A stretch of DNA of 56,899 nt, counting the filler, from Basidioascus undulatus (lineage: Eukaryota), in the NCBI GenBank assembly GCA_000826855.1. It is 7 parts of 7 records of this genome, joined end to end, with 100 filler letters (N's around TTAATTAATTAA, not from the genome) between each part and the next. Parts side by side here need not be neighbours in the genome. Positions count along the whole stretch, not along the records: positions 8,167 to 16,225 come from JTLS01001446.1; positions 16,326 to 24,379 come from JTLS01001447.1; positions 24,480 to 32,522 come from JTLS01001448.1; 4 more parts are not named here. One strand, written 5' to 3'. The position numbers and the translations under genes were made by a program. Every line of letters begins with the position of its first letter. Within the stretch, counting starts at the first letter, position 1. Shown here one piece after another: positions 13,101 to 26,248 of the stretch. A model generated the notes under the pieces. It was not told the origin of the DNA and did no database searches. It saw only the letters and a list, made by a program, of their open reading frames with translations.

Positions 13101-16100
13101 TAACCCCAATTGGCGATGTTGTACTTGAGCCGGTTCGAGCCGACGTCGAGGACATGGAGCTTGGCGATCTTGCCCAGCTCGGCAGGGAGGACCTGGAGCT
13201 TGTTGCTGTTGAGGTTGAGGATCTTCAGTCGGCTGAGGCGCTCGAGATCCTCGGCAGGCAAGCTGCGGAGGTTGTTCCCGCTGAGGTAGAGCTCCTCGAG
13301 CGCGGTGTTCTTGCCGAGGCGGTGCGAGGGGATCTCGTCGATCTCGTTGAACGAGACGTTGAGGACGCGGAGCTCGAAGAGGAGCGCGACGGGGTGGAAG
13401 ACGTCGTCGGTGAGGCGGTTGTCGGCGAGGAGGAGGCGGTGGAGCGCGCGGGCGAGCGGGAGCGAGGGTCGCCCGCTCGGCGTCCCCGGCGGGCCCATCA
13501 GCGTCGACGACGCCGACAGCTTCCGCTCTGTCCCGTCCACGGCGGCCATCGTGGCCTGCTGCTGCACCGCACCCGGCACGCCAGGCGTCGCGGGCTCGGT
13601 CGCGAGCGGTGGGTCGGGGAAGGACTCGATGAGGTTGGAGCTGGCGGAGAGGAGCTCGAGCTGCGGGCACCACCAGAGCGCGGAGGGGAGGAACTTGAGG
13701 TTGTTGTTGTGTACGGCGAGGGTGCGGAGGCGCTGGAGGCGCCCGACCGACTCAGGCACGGCCGACAGGAGGTTGTTGGTGCACGAGAGCTCGACGAGGC
13801 TCGAGAGCTTGCCGAGCGCCTCGGGGAGGGCGGTGAACTGGTTGTAGTCGAGGATGAGGTACTCGAGATGCGGGAGGTGCGCGAACGCGTCGTCCTGGAT
13901 GCTCGTGAGCTTAGCCTTGGACAGGTTCAAGTACGTGACCATCGCGGGCTCGCCGCGGTTCGTCGTCGCGAGCGTGAAGCGCGTGAGCGGGTTGTCGCTC
14001 ACGTTGAGGCTCTGCACGCGCGGGCCGAAGAGCGCGTCGAGCACACGCACGAGGTTGTGCTCCGCCTTGAGGATCTCGAGCTTCGGCAGGCTGCACGCGA
14101 TCGCGATGTCCGTGAGGCTGTTCCGGCGCACGTCGAGCTCGCGGAGGTTGACGAGCCGGTCAAACGTCGCGGGGAGGCTCGCGAGCGAGTTACCGACGAT
14201 GACGAGGCGCTCGAGGTGCTCGAGCTGGCCGATTTCGTGCGGGAGTGTGGTGATCGTGTTGAACGAGACGTCGACCTCGACGAGGGAGCGCATCTCGCAG
14301 AGGACGGCCGGGAACGTGTCGAACTTGTTGTTTGAGATGTTGAGGTACTTGAGCCCCGTCATGCCCGCGAAGCACTCAGGCAGCGTGGCGAGCCGGTTGT
14401 TCTGCGCCTTGACGCTCGTGAGCTCGGGCATGTCGTCGAAGCCGGCGTGGTCGAGCTCGACGATGCGGTTACACGAGATGTCCAAGCGGGTGAGGGTCGC
14501 GCACTGGCGGACAGACGAGGGGAGGCGCTTGATCGCGACGGACGAGAGCTTGAGCTCGCGCATGCTCGTGCAGAGCTGGATGAAGTCGAGCGGGAGGTCC
14601 GTCATCGGGTTCTTGGACAGGTTGAGGCTGATGATCCGGTGCGCGTGCTGATAGAGGAAGATTGGCACCGTCTGCAGGTTCTTGCTCTGCAGGTCGATGA
14701 ACTCGAAGTTGCCGAACGCCTCCTCGTCCTCCTGCAGGCCCCAAACGCACTCCCGCGTCAGCCCTCGCTCTCACAGCCTCTCAATCTCCAACCAACTCAC
14801 CGCGTCGAAATGCGCGACTGTTGCCAGCCGAAAGATGAACCGGCACAAGAACCCCAGATCCTCCTTCCCGATATCCTCGATCCGGTCCGCGTCCGTGAAC
14901 CCGACCTGCTCGAGCCGCCGACGCTGGATGAGGACCGGCTTCTCCTGCGGGCCCATCGCGCGCTCTGAATCCCAATCACCATCAGCCCGAGCTCTCGAAA
15001 GGAGACAACAGTGAGCACGCACCTTTCATTCGCTCACGGATGTAGAGCTGGTACGTCGCCGTCTGCACGCGCAGCTTGCGCGCGAGGACCTGACTGAGCT
15101 CGCTCGCGGTCGTCCAGAGCCCGCACGAGAGCGTGAGGTACGTCCCGTCGGACTTATACACGCGGAGATGGTACTGCTCCCTCCCCCCACATCGCGTTAG
15201 CTTCCCCTCCTCCCCCTCTTCCCAGCAGCGAAGGCGCCGCCTGACCGACTCACGTTCCCGCTCCGCCCCGCGCCCGGCTGCATGGACATGCTCCCCGCCG
15301 TGCCCGGCCGGGGCGAGTTGCTCGTGCTGACCTGGCGGAGCTGCTGGCCCAGCCGAACATGCTTCCCGTCCACGACCATTGTGCTCCCGTTCATCTCGCA
15401 GAACGGCCCGACGGGGTTCCAGTCGGAGGGTGTGCGCGTCGAGCGCAGGGCAGCAGCGCCAGCGTCCCCGCCGTCGCCGAACCCGGTCCCCGCGACCGCC
15501 TCCTCGCCCATCGCCTCCTCCTCGCTCGACGGGTCCTCATACTCCGGCACCGTGCCCCCACCGATCCCCCAGCTCTCCGGCGCCTGCCACGCGGCTTCCG
15601 CGTTCGCAGGCGGCGCGCCGGGCGGGCCGATCCCCGCGTTGTGCGGCGTCCGGATCCCGCCCAGCTGGAGCTCCCGGTCGTCTCGCCACCAGCCTGGTGA
15701 GGGCGGGGTGGGGCCGACGAAGGGCACGGGGGTCGTGGAGGCCTGGTTGATCCGCCAATCGTCGGACGTTGCGGGAAAGTGGGTGATGTATGCGCCTTCA
15801 GACGCGGGGTGCCCAGCCTCTTCGGAGATGGACGCCTGGTGCCGCGCGAAGCGCTCCGTGAGCTGCGACGGCTTGCGGTGCCGCTTCCCGCCGCCGACGG
15901 AGGTCGTCTTTGGGCTGGGCGGGGAGGCCGCGTACGAGGGCGGCGCGGTATGCGTCGCGCTGGACGTTCGCCGTTTGTCGTCCCCCGGTCCGCCCATGAA
16001 TGTCGGAGGCTGGAACAACGGTGGTACGGCATCGCTCGGTCGTTTCCGGCCTGAGGCGAGGCTGCCGGACGGCGCCCGGCTCGTTGCGGACGAGACGCTC

Positions 16101-16190
16101 GAGCGTTCTTCCCATGGCCCGGCACTGGCGCTACTGATGCTTGAGGGCGCGCGACTTGGTCTGTGGGCCGTGCCGGGCGGGAGGGGTTGA
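10160..16190 (-). CDS. CYR1: Fungal adenylate cyclase (Ras-association, LRR, PP2C-like and class III cyclase domains), 5'-truncated
   Basis: Long LRR exon (13058-14668), PP2C-like domain ([20 protein letters not shown]), cyclase motifs [29 protein letters not shown] and [14 protein letters not shown], and a C-terminal LLARFENAI segment. Stop at 10160-10162. Confidence 0.97.
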
Positions 16191-16225
16191 GCGCAAGCGG
16201 AGACTGGCCAGAAAGTATTATGAGA

Positions 16226-16325
16226 NNNNNNNNNNNNNNNNNNNNNNNNNNNNNNNNNNNNNNNNNNNNTTAATTAATTAANNNNNNNNNNNNNNNNNNN
16301 NNNNNNNNNNNNNNNNNNNNNNNNN
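16226..16325. other. Artificial contig spacer
   Basis: N run with TTAATTAATTAA. Confidence 0.99.
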
Positions 16326-16780
16326 AGATAATGTCCCGATGCACCGGATGGTCGCGGACCATCGCCAGGCGCTTTCCAGACGTCCCCCTCCCCCCTTCTT
16401 CGTGTTCTCCCTCTTTTCGCTTAGCCATTCCAATATACCCACCTTCGACCGTTCCATGTCTTCACTGCAGTGTCCTCCCTTAATCACTCCCATCGCAACT
16501 ACCGGTCCCTGATCCTTTGATTCTGATCATATTCGCCTGCCGTTTGTCTATTTCTGGTTTACGTATCATTTACTAGCCAATGAGCACTGCGCTCTGGTTT
16601 TCGACGAGGTCTTGGTGTTCAGTGTTGTGACTCGTCAGACCTGCGTCCTAGGCGATCGTCCCGCCTTCCGTTTGGCTTTCTGAAGGTTCACGCATGCCCT
16701 CTGTAAAGCAGATTACAGAGAGAACTAAAGTAATCCACAAGCTCGATTTGCATCAGTCAGCACTCTCGCCGGAATTCTAT

Positions 16781-18227
16781 TCATGTTCTATGAAACGTCT
16801 GCGGCAGGATGACGGGACAGTGCACAGCCGTGGGGTCTCCGTGGAAATATGTGAAAGACTTGAGCAGGGCCCGGAAGTGGCAATAGCCAGCAAAGACCAC
16901 GCAGAGGTGGAAGATCTGGTGCGAGGCGCCCTGAAAGTCCCACTCGTGGTAAGCACTCTGCGACGCTGCATCTGACCGTCTCGCTCGCACCACGTACCCA
17001 GATGTCGAACCACCCAGGGGCGAATCGTTCGGGTATCCGCGCAGCGTACAGCACCGCTCCGAAGATATACAGCGCCCCAGAGCTGACGAGCCAAGTGAGG
17101 CCCATCGTGGTCGCTACGTGCTCTGCGCCGCTTGTGTGCAGGGCATGGACGATCGGGACGACAGCGGAAAGGCCGAGTGCGAGGAAGACGCTTGTGCGCG
17201 ACCAACGGTAGGCGCTCGTGCGGTAGGAGGGGTGGAGGACGATGTAGAGCGCCACTATCAGAGGGAGCGATCTCAGCTCGGCGGGAAGTGCGGGTTTGAG
17301 GAGAACGGCGGACGGAGTTGTGGGACGCACGAGATCCGGCGAGCATGATGGATGTGATGTAGAATATTTGGGTAGCGGCATCACAGCTGTGTTTGCCAGT
17401 CAACTAGCACGCGGAGGGCATCGTTAAGGACATGCCTGGACGCACTAGAACCCGTAGTACAGGCAGGGTATGAACTACAGCGCAGATTTACACCCTTCAG
17501 CAATAAAGCCATACAAAGGGAAAAGGTGGACGTACTGAACCGCAGATGAGAATGCAGATCCCGGCGTAGTCTAGGGTATGCCAGGTGTTTGCGAACTCGT
17601 GCGAGTGGCACGAGAACGTGTGGTATAGGAATGACAAGGACAAGCACTGTATGGGCATTTCGTTAGCCTGAAAAAGGCAAACTAAACAAAACGAGCAGTA
17701 GCATACCGTCACAGCACTCGCCAAGAACACCGCGAACCCGGCGATGTCCTGCCAGCGGAGCGAAGGGTAGGGCGATAGCGTTGTGGTGTATACGCTGGCG
17801 AGGAGGAAGACGAAGAGGGCTGCGCCCCAGATGTGGGAGTGGATGTTGACTTCGAGTAAGACCGTCAGCCTTGCTTTCCGCATGATACTATAGCTATGAG
17901 CGCAGCGCACCAGTCTCGTTGTGCATGTACCCGACGATGGACCAGAGACAGCCGCTTATCGACGGTGTCGGGGGCCGGTATGCGCCACGGATCAAGGCTG
18001 TAGGTAATCTGAATATTAAGCGGTTCGATAAGCTGGTTAGAAATCGGAGTGGCAAGCTCACGATTATCTTGCATCCACGCGGGAAGCTCCACGTAGGACA
18101 GCAACAGGGGCCTCGCTGTCGGAGGTACCGCCTGTCCCCTGGAGCCCTGCACCGGGACAGACTTCGCCGTGGCGGAGCCATTGCTAGGCTTTGAAGCTGC
18201 CCGCTGGCGTATAGAGGTCGAAGGCAT
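16781..18227 (-). CDS. PAQR/hemolysin-III family membrane protein (IZH/AdipoR-like)
   Basis: Motifs ELPAWMQDN, HNETVNIHSH, SFLYHTFSCHS, LDYAGI, LYAARIPERFAPGWFDIW and SHQIFH across multiple exons. Confidence 0.93.
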
Positions 18228-18536
18228 GATGATTAAGGAGGAGAGAGGCAGAACCGCGAAACATCGCTCTGGGGAGGAAGCGTGCGTGGGAATCCTCGGC
18301 GGCGCCCGATCGCACACCCGACGCTGCGTCCTAGGTTGCACACTGCAACTCGATCGGCAGGCCATGATTATGATGATCACGAGAAAAGATAGGGTACATG
18401 CACAAGCAAAAATGACAGCGGCGCACCGGGGGCAAATAAGCATCCTCCAAAGGATTGGCGGACATGGCTCAGCGTCCGAACATCCCCACACGGCGAATGA
18501 AAAGAGTACAACGCATCTATAGCGCCTCCAAATGAA

Positions 18537-19575
18537 CTAAGCCTCCCGCCTCTTCTTCTTCTTCCCACCCTCCGCCTCCGCTGCCTCCTCCTTGGCCTTC
18601 CGCTTCCTCTCCTTCCGCTCTTCCTTGCTCTCCTTCTCCTTCTCCTTCTCCTTGCGCTTCTCCTTCCCCTCAGTTTTCTCTACAGGCATCTCCATCCCCT
18701 CCGGCGCGCGCGTGTCGAAGCCAGCCGGCCGGAAGCGCCATTTGAGCTTGTCAGCCGGCTGTTCGCGCTTGGGCGCGCCGAACGCGGGCAGCGTCGGCGG
18801 CAGGGGGACGGGTCGCGTGGAGAGGGAGAACGATGAGTTGAAGGAGAGCATGTGCGTGAAGGGTTTGGAAGCTTCATCCAAGAATGAGCAGACCATCAGT
18901 TTCTGGGGCGAGCGCGTTGGAGAGTGTGGGATTGAAAACGCACCGATCCGCAACCCGCCCTCTTTCCGCCTCGGTACGAGCATGCTCATCCCCCGCACCT
19001 CGGCCGCGCCCTGGACGGCCTGCTCGTCCAGACCGAACTCATTCTCCACAGCATCGTCCTCGTTGGCCGTGCCGGCCTCCGCGCCGGGCAGGAGGACGAC
19101 GTCGTACTCGCCCGCCTTGGCCGAGACTTGTCCTACGCGTGTCGGCTTCTTCGGCGCTTTGGAAGGGAGGCGAAGAGTCAGGTCCGAGAGAGACTTGAGC
19201 TTGATCTGTGTGAACATGCGCGTCAGTTGTCGTCAAGAGCAGCGTGGAGTGAGGGTCGGAGACGAACATGCTCCGGAATGCGGACACAGACGAGCTCGAG
19301 CTCGTCGTCTTCCTCCACCGTGTCCCAGTCAAAGTCCGCGAGTTCCTCGTTATCCGCGATCTCAATGCGCGCCCATCCCGCTGGAGGCTCGTATGGTCTA
19401 TCAGCGCAGGTGTTGCTGCTGGTCAGCAGCATACCGACTAGGGCAGGAGAAGCAGCGGGCCGGCGCACGAAGGAATACCCTTCTTCTGGCCGGCAACGGG
19501 AGAGCCGGCGGACGAGGACGACGAGGACGACGAGGAAGAGCTCTCGGAAGGCGACGGTGAAGCTCCGCGAGCCAT
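18537..19575 (-). CDS. Probable RNA polymerase I subunit Rpa34 (A34.5)-like protein
   Basis: Ser-rich N-terminus, FDWDTVEEDDELELVCVRIPEHIKLKSL segment, KREQPADKLKWRFRPAGF, and a Lys/Glu-rich C-terminal tail typical of A34.5. Confidence 0.65.
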
Positions 19576-20122
19576 GGTCAATGCAAGATGTGGTGGCGTT
19601 CAAGTTCGGAAAGACGGCCAAAAAGTAACGACCCGCAGTCACGTGCCGACCTTTTCGGTTCGAGCGCCAAACCACTTCGAAGCTGAACGGAGCGCGCTCG
19701 GCCACGCGTCCAGACAACATTGGACAACACGAAGTCTGGCTTCCGAGACCAAATCAAGGCAAGCTTGCTAGTGAACGGGTCCTCCGAAACTGGTCGAGGA
19801 CTGGTTGAGGACTACCAGGATCTCAGCGAGTCCAGCGATTCCTGTCCAGCGTTGTCGCGAGGTTCCCGAGCTTGCTTCAGTCACACCCAATATCACGCAA
19901 ATATCATCATTGACAAAGACGGAGACAACGTATGTAAAGATAGGACGATTCCGCCAGAGAGCGTCAAAAGGCTGATTATAAAATCCGTATGCTCGAGCGG
20001 AAGATAGAGGAGTAAGTTCTTGTCGGCGAACAACAGGGACAACAAGGCAGAGAGTTCAAAAGCAGAAGGTGCTAGGAGCGGAAGCGTCGCGAGATTCGCG
20101 GTCGTGGACGGCGACGACTCGC

Positions 20123-21256
20123 TTAGAGAGCGAGGCCGAGGGCGAGCGCGGCGGCGCCGAGGAGACCGGACGCGGCGAAGCGGCCGGCACCGTTGTGGCC
20201 GGCCTGGGACTCAGTCGCCTCGGGAGCTTCAGAGCCGGTGCGGGTGGCGGTGTTGCTATATCCGAACAGCGAATCTCAGCAAAAAGACTGGGGATCTGGC
20301 ACCGGGCAGAAGTGGCTTACCTGCCGGTGGTGCTCGCGGCGGTGCTCGAGGCAGACGACGAGCCCACGCTCGAGGTCGCGTCACCGACCCAGTCCGAGAA
20401 GGTGGAGTTGGCGTTGGCCTTGGTACCGGTGATCTGAAGCGAGACATGTTAGTATGGTTGCGCCTGAGACACGCGTAGCGGAACAGGGGAAGGGACACGA
20501 GGCGCGCGTACCTCGAAGATGTCCGAGTCTAAGGCAGCAGGGAAGCAGGAGTCAGGCACCAGGCAGAGAAGCATGTAAAAAGAGAAGACGTACAGGCAAT
20601 GTAGGTGAGGCCGAGCGCCTCGAGATCGGGGTCCGGGTTGGTCAGGTTGTTGGAGATCCAACGGAGGAGGCTGAAGGTATGAGTAAGGTCAGCGCGCTCA
20701 GGCCTGCAGGCTTACGGTGAGAGTACGAACTAGAAGTTGCCGGAGGGGCCGACCTCCGGGTCGATTTGAATGTTGGCGCTGCCGGCCGAGGCAGAGACGT
20801 TCTCCGCGAGGTTGCGGAGGAAGTACTGCATGCCGCCGGCGGCTCAGTTCAGATCGCCCAACTCAAAACACAACCTCCTCAGCACCGACAACTCACCTGC
20901 TCCTCCTATGCGCCGAAAACGCAACGCAAGCAAATCGATCAGATGCCCTGCACCCACCAAACGCCGAAAAGCATCTGTGAACGTACCGCGCCACCAACGT
21001 AGAGGGCGATGGTACCCTCGCCGATCTCCTGAGCAGAGGGTGAGTCGCCAGTGTTCTGCCACGCGACCTGGTAGCCGCTGTTGGCAGGAACTTTGGTGCC
21101 GCGGACGGGACGGGTGAAGGCCTGTGCATCCCGGCCAAACAGTCAGCGTGTGCGCGTTGCGGCGCGCACGACGGGCTCAAAGAAAGGACGCACGATCGCA
21201 CCGTAGGCGGGGGCGGTGAGGGCCGCGGCGGTGAGGAGCGTGGCAGCAACACGCAT
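20123..21256 (-). CDS. Secreted Ser/Thr-rich GPI-anchored protein with Kre9/Knh1-like N-terminal domain
   Basis: Signal peptide MRVAATLLTAAALTAPAYG, FTRPVRGT..YQVAWQNTGDSP..IALYVGG, IDPEVGPSGNFY, a Ser/Thr linker, and a hydrophobic C-terminus NGAGRFAASGLLGAAALALGLAL*. Confidence 0.75.
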
Positions 21257-21959
21257 TGTGGATGATATTAAGATGGATAGAGGTGTGAGGGTGTAAAAGA
21301 CGTTGAGGATGCGATAAGGGAGGAAAGAGAGACGACGATGATCGTGGAGAAGGGAAAAGGGGGAGATCCGGGGGCAGGCGGGCGGAGCTGCAAGCATGGG
21401 CGCCGAGGCCTCGCGGAGCCTCAGGGGCGTCGTGGTGCCTCACGGCGAGGCGAGGCTTGCCTGCCGGTTTTAATAATTGTACTTAGTTTGCTATTTTCGC
21501 TAGTGACAATCTACAAGCGTCAGCCAAGTGTATAAACGCTGACCAGCCTTCACACAGTGCACTTCCCGCTGGACTGTCTGCTCATAAAAGTCGGTTTACG
21601 CGACCCTGATGCGTTCATTCTGAAGATGGAGCACAGGAACGTTCAAACGGAACCGAGGCGGAGGAGGTTGCTGCGTGGCGAGGAACCGCAGCAAACAACG
21701 GACTGTTGACGGCAGACGGCAGCCAACGGCAGAGCCAAGTCGCCGAGATGCGGGGTAGATCGAACAGGATTTTGTTCGACGGCAAACAAAACCTTCACGA
21801 GGACGACAAGTTGCAGGTTGTATGTCTTCATGAAAACTAAGGCATTGATTCCAGTGGTCTGTGCACATAGGCGATGGTTATCCATGAACGCGAGCCAATC
21901 GTTGGGATGGTTCCGCCTAAACTCGCTATCGGGACTGGCACTCTCTTTTGACGTCGTTC

Positions 21960-23076
21960 ATTGCGATCTTCTCAACTGATGGCGGACCAAATAAGGGCTA
22001 CCATCCGAGATAGGGGTTGAATACTTAATCAAAGCACCACTGAATAGAATGGTTGCGCAAAAAGGACCATCCAACGTTCGCAACGTCGCTGCAGGCCGTC
22101 TGTCCCCACCAAAGGTTGGCCTGCTGCGCCTGTTCATCAGTTCTAACCAGACCGGAAACATTGTGAGAGACAACGTTGTATGCACCTCGAAGCTGCGCGC
22201 CACGTTCCCATTCCTGTCGAAGGGGCATTCCCGGTGGGCATCAGAGAGGAAAACAACTGCAAGAAACTCTTAGGATTGATACTGCCTTGGTCTTTTTTGA
22301 AGCGTACCGTTGTGGTCGCCGCCAACACAGCTGCAAAAGTTTCAATTAGCTGAATAACAAAGAGAGGCTGGTTTATCGTCCACACATACCTGTTTTCACA
22401 CCATTCCGTACCTCGGTAAATCTGACGAAGCCACACAGCCATCAATGCGACATCCCACCCTTGGGAAACCAGCCAAGGTCTGCTTACCACAAATTTGCCG
22501 TCCTGTGGACAGTGGAGAGGTCATTCAGCTTGCAAGATAACAAGTTGAAGTTGTAAGATGAAGTGCAAACCTTATTCAGCTCGTCAATGAGGGTGACCGT
22601 AGCGTCCCATCGCTGCTTCGTGATGTTGAAGTCGTTCGCAGTGTACCCGACGACGTCCAGGCCAGCCACTTCTGCGGCGTAGCTGAAGTTGTAAACCGAG
22701 TCGTTCGTCCCGACGCTGAGGGAAAATGCCAAGCTTTCCAGACATGGTCGAGTCCAAGAAAGACGAAAGCAACTCAGCAGCTGGTGTGGTCAATGTACTC
22801 TCCGACCAAAGTGCAACTTACGGCCAGACCGCTAGCCCCGACTGTATAAGTGATGAGAATCTCGTGCCACGAGCCGGCGACTAGGGTCGACTTGGAGCAA
22901 GTAACACTGCCCAGAAAGGGCGTCTTCTTGTTGAGTTTGTAGAACCCACGAGGAGCTGTATCTCAAAGACGACAAAGAAATGAGAAGCTAGTGCTGTATT
23001 GGGAGAGCTATGGTTGGAACGCACAGATGTAAGGGCCGATGATGTCGGCACGCTCGTCCGTGGTGGGATACTTCAT
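21960..23076 (-). pseudogene. DUF3604-family (PHP-like putative metallohydrolase) gene remnant with introns
   Basis: Exons read MKYPTTDERADIIG, KTPFLGSVTCSKSTLVAGSWHEILITYTVGASGLA, VGTNDSVYNFSYAAEVAGLDVVGYTANDFNITKQRWD, GTEWCENSCVGGDHNVVFL and PFDRNGNVARSFE. A large internal part is missing and the 3' end is degenerate (coordinate approximate). Confidence 0.7.
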
Positions 23077-23781
23077 GCTCGACAGTGTCCGTACAAGTGT
23101 GAGCACTGCGATCGCGCTCAAGGATGGAAACGAAAAAGAACTAAAGGAAGGAGGGACTGTTCTACCCTTCTGTGTCGAGCTTTCGCATCGCATGCTAAGA
23201 TCAGACCCCATTTCGCCGACGGAGAATATCGTGCCAGAAGGGCGCGAGCACGCCAGCCGGCGCCTTCTTGCAAGCTCATGGGAGTCCAAGTCCCATGGAC
23301 CCCATGCACAAAGTTGCGTTCCCGCTCACACCCTCATTGTTTTTCCCAATACGCCGCATTCCACCTAAACCCCCACAACCCAAACGCGCATAACCCGAGT
23401 ACCACAACAGAAGCAACACGTTGCTCAATCAAACCAATACAGGACCACTGGCAGCAGGGTAGGGTATCACTACGCCCCTCCATCTGAAACCCAACCAAAA
23501 AAGTCGAATAAAACAAAGTGCGTGGTGTAGAGTAGCACAACAGACAAAGCGGACGCGCCCAAAGGAGCGAGAGCGTTAAGTGGATGAAGGGAGAAAGCGA
23601 AAGGCACTGGGCAGCGCGGGGATGGAAAACTAAGGGTAAGAAAGAAGAGAGGCGGAGAAAGAGAAGGTCCCAGAGTCGTGGGGTTATCTTGTGCGTGCGT
23701 GTGCGTGCGCGACATCGAACCAAGGAAAGCCGAAATCGAAGGGGGTATCGCAACAAAGTCTAGTCCGAAGTTCGAAGGCCC

Positions 23782-24379
23782 TCAAGCGTACCCGTACCCC
23801 GAATGCGTCCCCCCATACGGACTCCCGCCCTTCTCGTACGACGAAACGGGCGAGGGGTGGTAGTGCTGATCGAAGCCCGTCAGCGGTGCGCCGCCGGCGC
23901 CGCCCATGTACGCTGTGGTTGAGGCCGCTGGATCCGTGCCGTCCGTGTTCCCGAGAGCCAGGTCAGCTTGCTGTTCAACGCGCAGAAACGGCAGCGAAGA
24001 GAGAGGGAAGGCGGGAAGAAAGGAAGGCAGAAAGAGGGAGAAGGAATGGAGAACAATGAAGAGGGGCACGCACCAGTGTACCCCTCCCAATCCTCCTCCG
24101 TAATCGCCCTCCACCCCCAAAAGAGCATCCCCAAACTCGCAACTTCCAGCAGCGTGGCGACGAACGCCCCGTCGATGCGCGCAGACGTGCGGGAACAGAT
24201 GGTGTGCCCCAGGGCGAAGAGCGCGCCTTGTGCCAGGCCGAAGAGGAGGAGGGAGAGACCGTACCACACTGGGAGGGGAAGGGGTGGGGCGAGGTCAGTG
24301 AAGGAGAGGGAGGAGATCTGGGGGACTAGTCGGTCAGTTGAGCGAAGAGAAGAAAGTGACATTGAACTCGTGCGCACCT
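23782..24379 (-). CDS. Chs7-like chitin synthase export chaperone, C-terminal fragment
   Basis: LLFGLAQGALFALGHTICSRTSARIDGAFVATLLEVASLGMLFWGWRAITEEDW matches the Chs7 C-terminal pattern (Q..IC...DG.F..TL...W.SIT.ED). Confidence 0.75.
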
Positions 24380-24479
24380 NNNNNNNNNNNNNNNNNNNNN
24401 NNNNNNNNNNNNNNNNNNNNNNNTTAATTAATTAANNNNNNNNNNNNNNNNNNNNNNNNNNNNNNNNNNNNNNNNNNNN
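24380..24479. other. Artificial contig spacer
   Basis: N run with TTAATTAATTAA. Confidence 0.99.
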
Positions 24480-25553
24480 AGGTGACAAGGGTGACAGTTG
24501 TCAGGGGTTGGACTGGGTGGGGTATTCATGACAGCTGTGGACTATCCGCCGGTCTGGACCGTCTCCCTCCGTATGACTGAGGGCCGTCATAGCTTCCAAA
24601 CCTGTAAACGAAAACTCAAGGTGTTTACCTGTCAGCTGTTGGAGTTTGTAATCATGTTAGGGTTCAGATGGAGAATAAAAGCTGGTACTGGCGGTGTCGT
24701 GCACTTCGGTGCGGCAGTCCACGCAGGTAAGGAAGTAGGATACCGGTATATTGAGAAGGGTGGAAGGTCTCTCAATTGGGCCATCCCTGCTCAGATGGCT
24801 ACATCCACAGAGTCCACAGCTGCTGCAACAGTGCAAGCCAGTGCGTGCCGGGTGCAACCCGCTGTATCTCTGCCGGTCCAGAAGAAGGTGCCGAGCAAAT
24901 GACTCTAAAAATGTTGCTCTATCAGATGTACAGTTAAAACTAAAAAAAAATCAATACAAAATGGCGGCGAGTGCAAGCGACAACACCGTAGCGACGTCAC
25001 TCCTGCTGTTGTCTCGCGTGCATGCCTGTCTCCACAGAGCCCGTGTCGACAAGCACCAGAAATAAGGTGCAACATAAAACCCTCTACTCTGTGAGCTTCT
25101 CAAGATTCGGAAGCAACAACCTGCATGCCACGGCAATGAACGAACTTGGTCGAGAGCGAGCCGCAGAAACGCTGCTTACGTCAGACTTCGCGAAGGGATT
25201 AACCGCGGCGAATAGGACGAAAGTTGTAACACGCTGCAAGCAGTCACCGAAGTACACCTTACAGAATGGTACCACGCCGAACTCGGCCAAATTATACTTG
25301 CAAATCCTTATTTTTGTAGAATTGTTGCATGGGCAGCGGGACAGTCAGCAGCTGCCTGCCCACAGGATTAGGGTTGTTGCCAGTTCGCGGGAAACGGACT
25401 GCCCACCGACGCGACTCTACACACGCCTCTCACCCGCCCCAGCCCCTCGCCTACATCTCAGCTACCGTGACTAACCACAATCGATCAGTCTTCGACCGCA
25501 CACCATCGCTGACCCAGTCGCCGACGCGTAGACGTGGTCACCGAACCAGCACG

Positions 25554-26248
25554 ATGTCTGACAACGAGCAGCAGCAGGAGGCGCCCGCCAACGACGGCAA
25601 GGTCTCGCTCAAGGTCGCCTACACGACCGGTGCGCGCTGGATCTGCGAGATTAATCGTGCCGGACGTGTCGCTGACGGGAAGGATGGCTCAGGTGGTAAC
25701 GAGGATGGTGCGTTGGGATGCGAGAGGTCGCGTGCTGTGGGACTGGTGGACTGAGACGCGGATCCGGGCGAACGCGTAGAGATCCAATTCTCCGTCAAGC
25801 CTACAACCAAGCTCGGCAAGATCTTTACCGCTTTCTGCGTACGTATCTCTCTCGGCCTGGCACGCCTCAATATCTGTTCTTACGGTGGAGTGGGACGGGC
25901 GGGAACAGCAACGGACGGGGCAGGACATCAGTGCGTCGCTCCTATCCCTTCACGCGTTTGCCCGCACCTCTCACTCACGCCGTCGCCTCAAACAGACACC
26001 GTCCGCTTCACCTTCAACGTCCGCCCCTGCTCTTCTCTTTCGCGACCAAATGGACTCGCTGACGGCGCTCTTGACGCGATGCAGGGTGAGCGTTTGCGCG
26101 AGGAGGAGACGGTCAAGCAGCACGAGATGGAGGACGACGACATCATCCAGGCTCACGTGTGCGTCCTCTCCCCATTCTCATCTCGTCACGTCTTATGCTC
26201 AACCAGGCTACCGCGCCGCTCAGCGCCCAGATTGGCGGTCGCTGCTGA
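25554..26248 (+). CDS. SUMO-like small ubiquitin-like modifier (7 exons)
   Basis: Spliced product MSDNEQQQEAPANDGKVSLKVAYTTGGNEDEIQFSVKPTTKLGKIFTAFCQRTGQDINTVRFTFNGERLREEETVKQHEMEDDDIIQAHVAQIGGRC*. It has the SUMO pattern with QIGG diglycine and canonical GT-AG introns. Confidence 0.85.

Noticed and set aside
11251..14651. Long plus-strand ORFs (266-431 aa) opposite adenylate cyclase
   Set aside because: Antisense shadows caused by extreme GC3 bias; no independent motifs.
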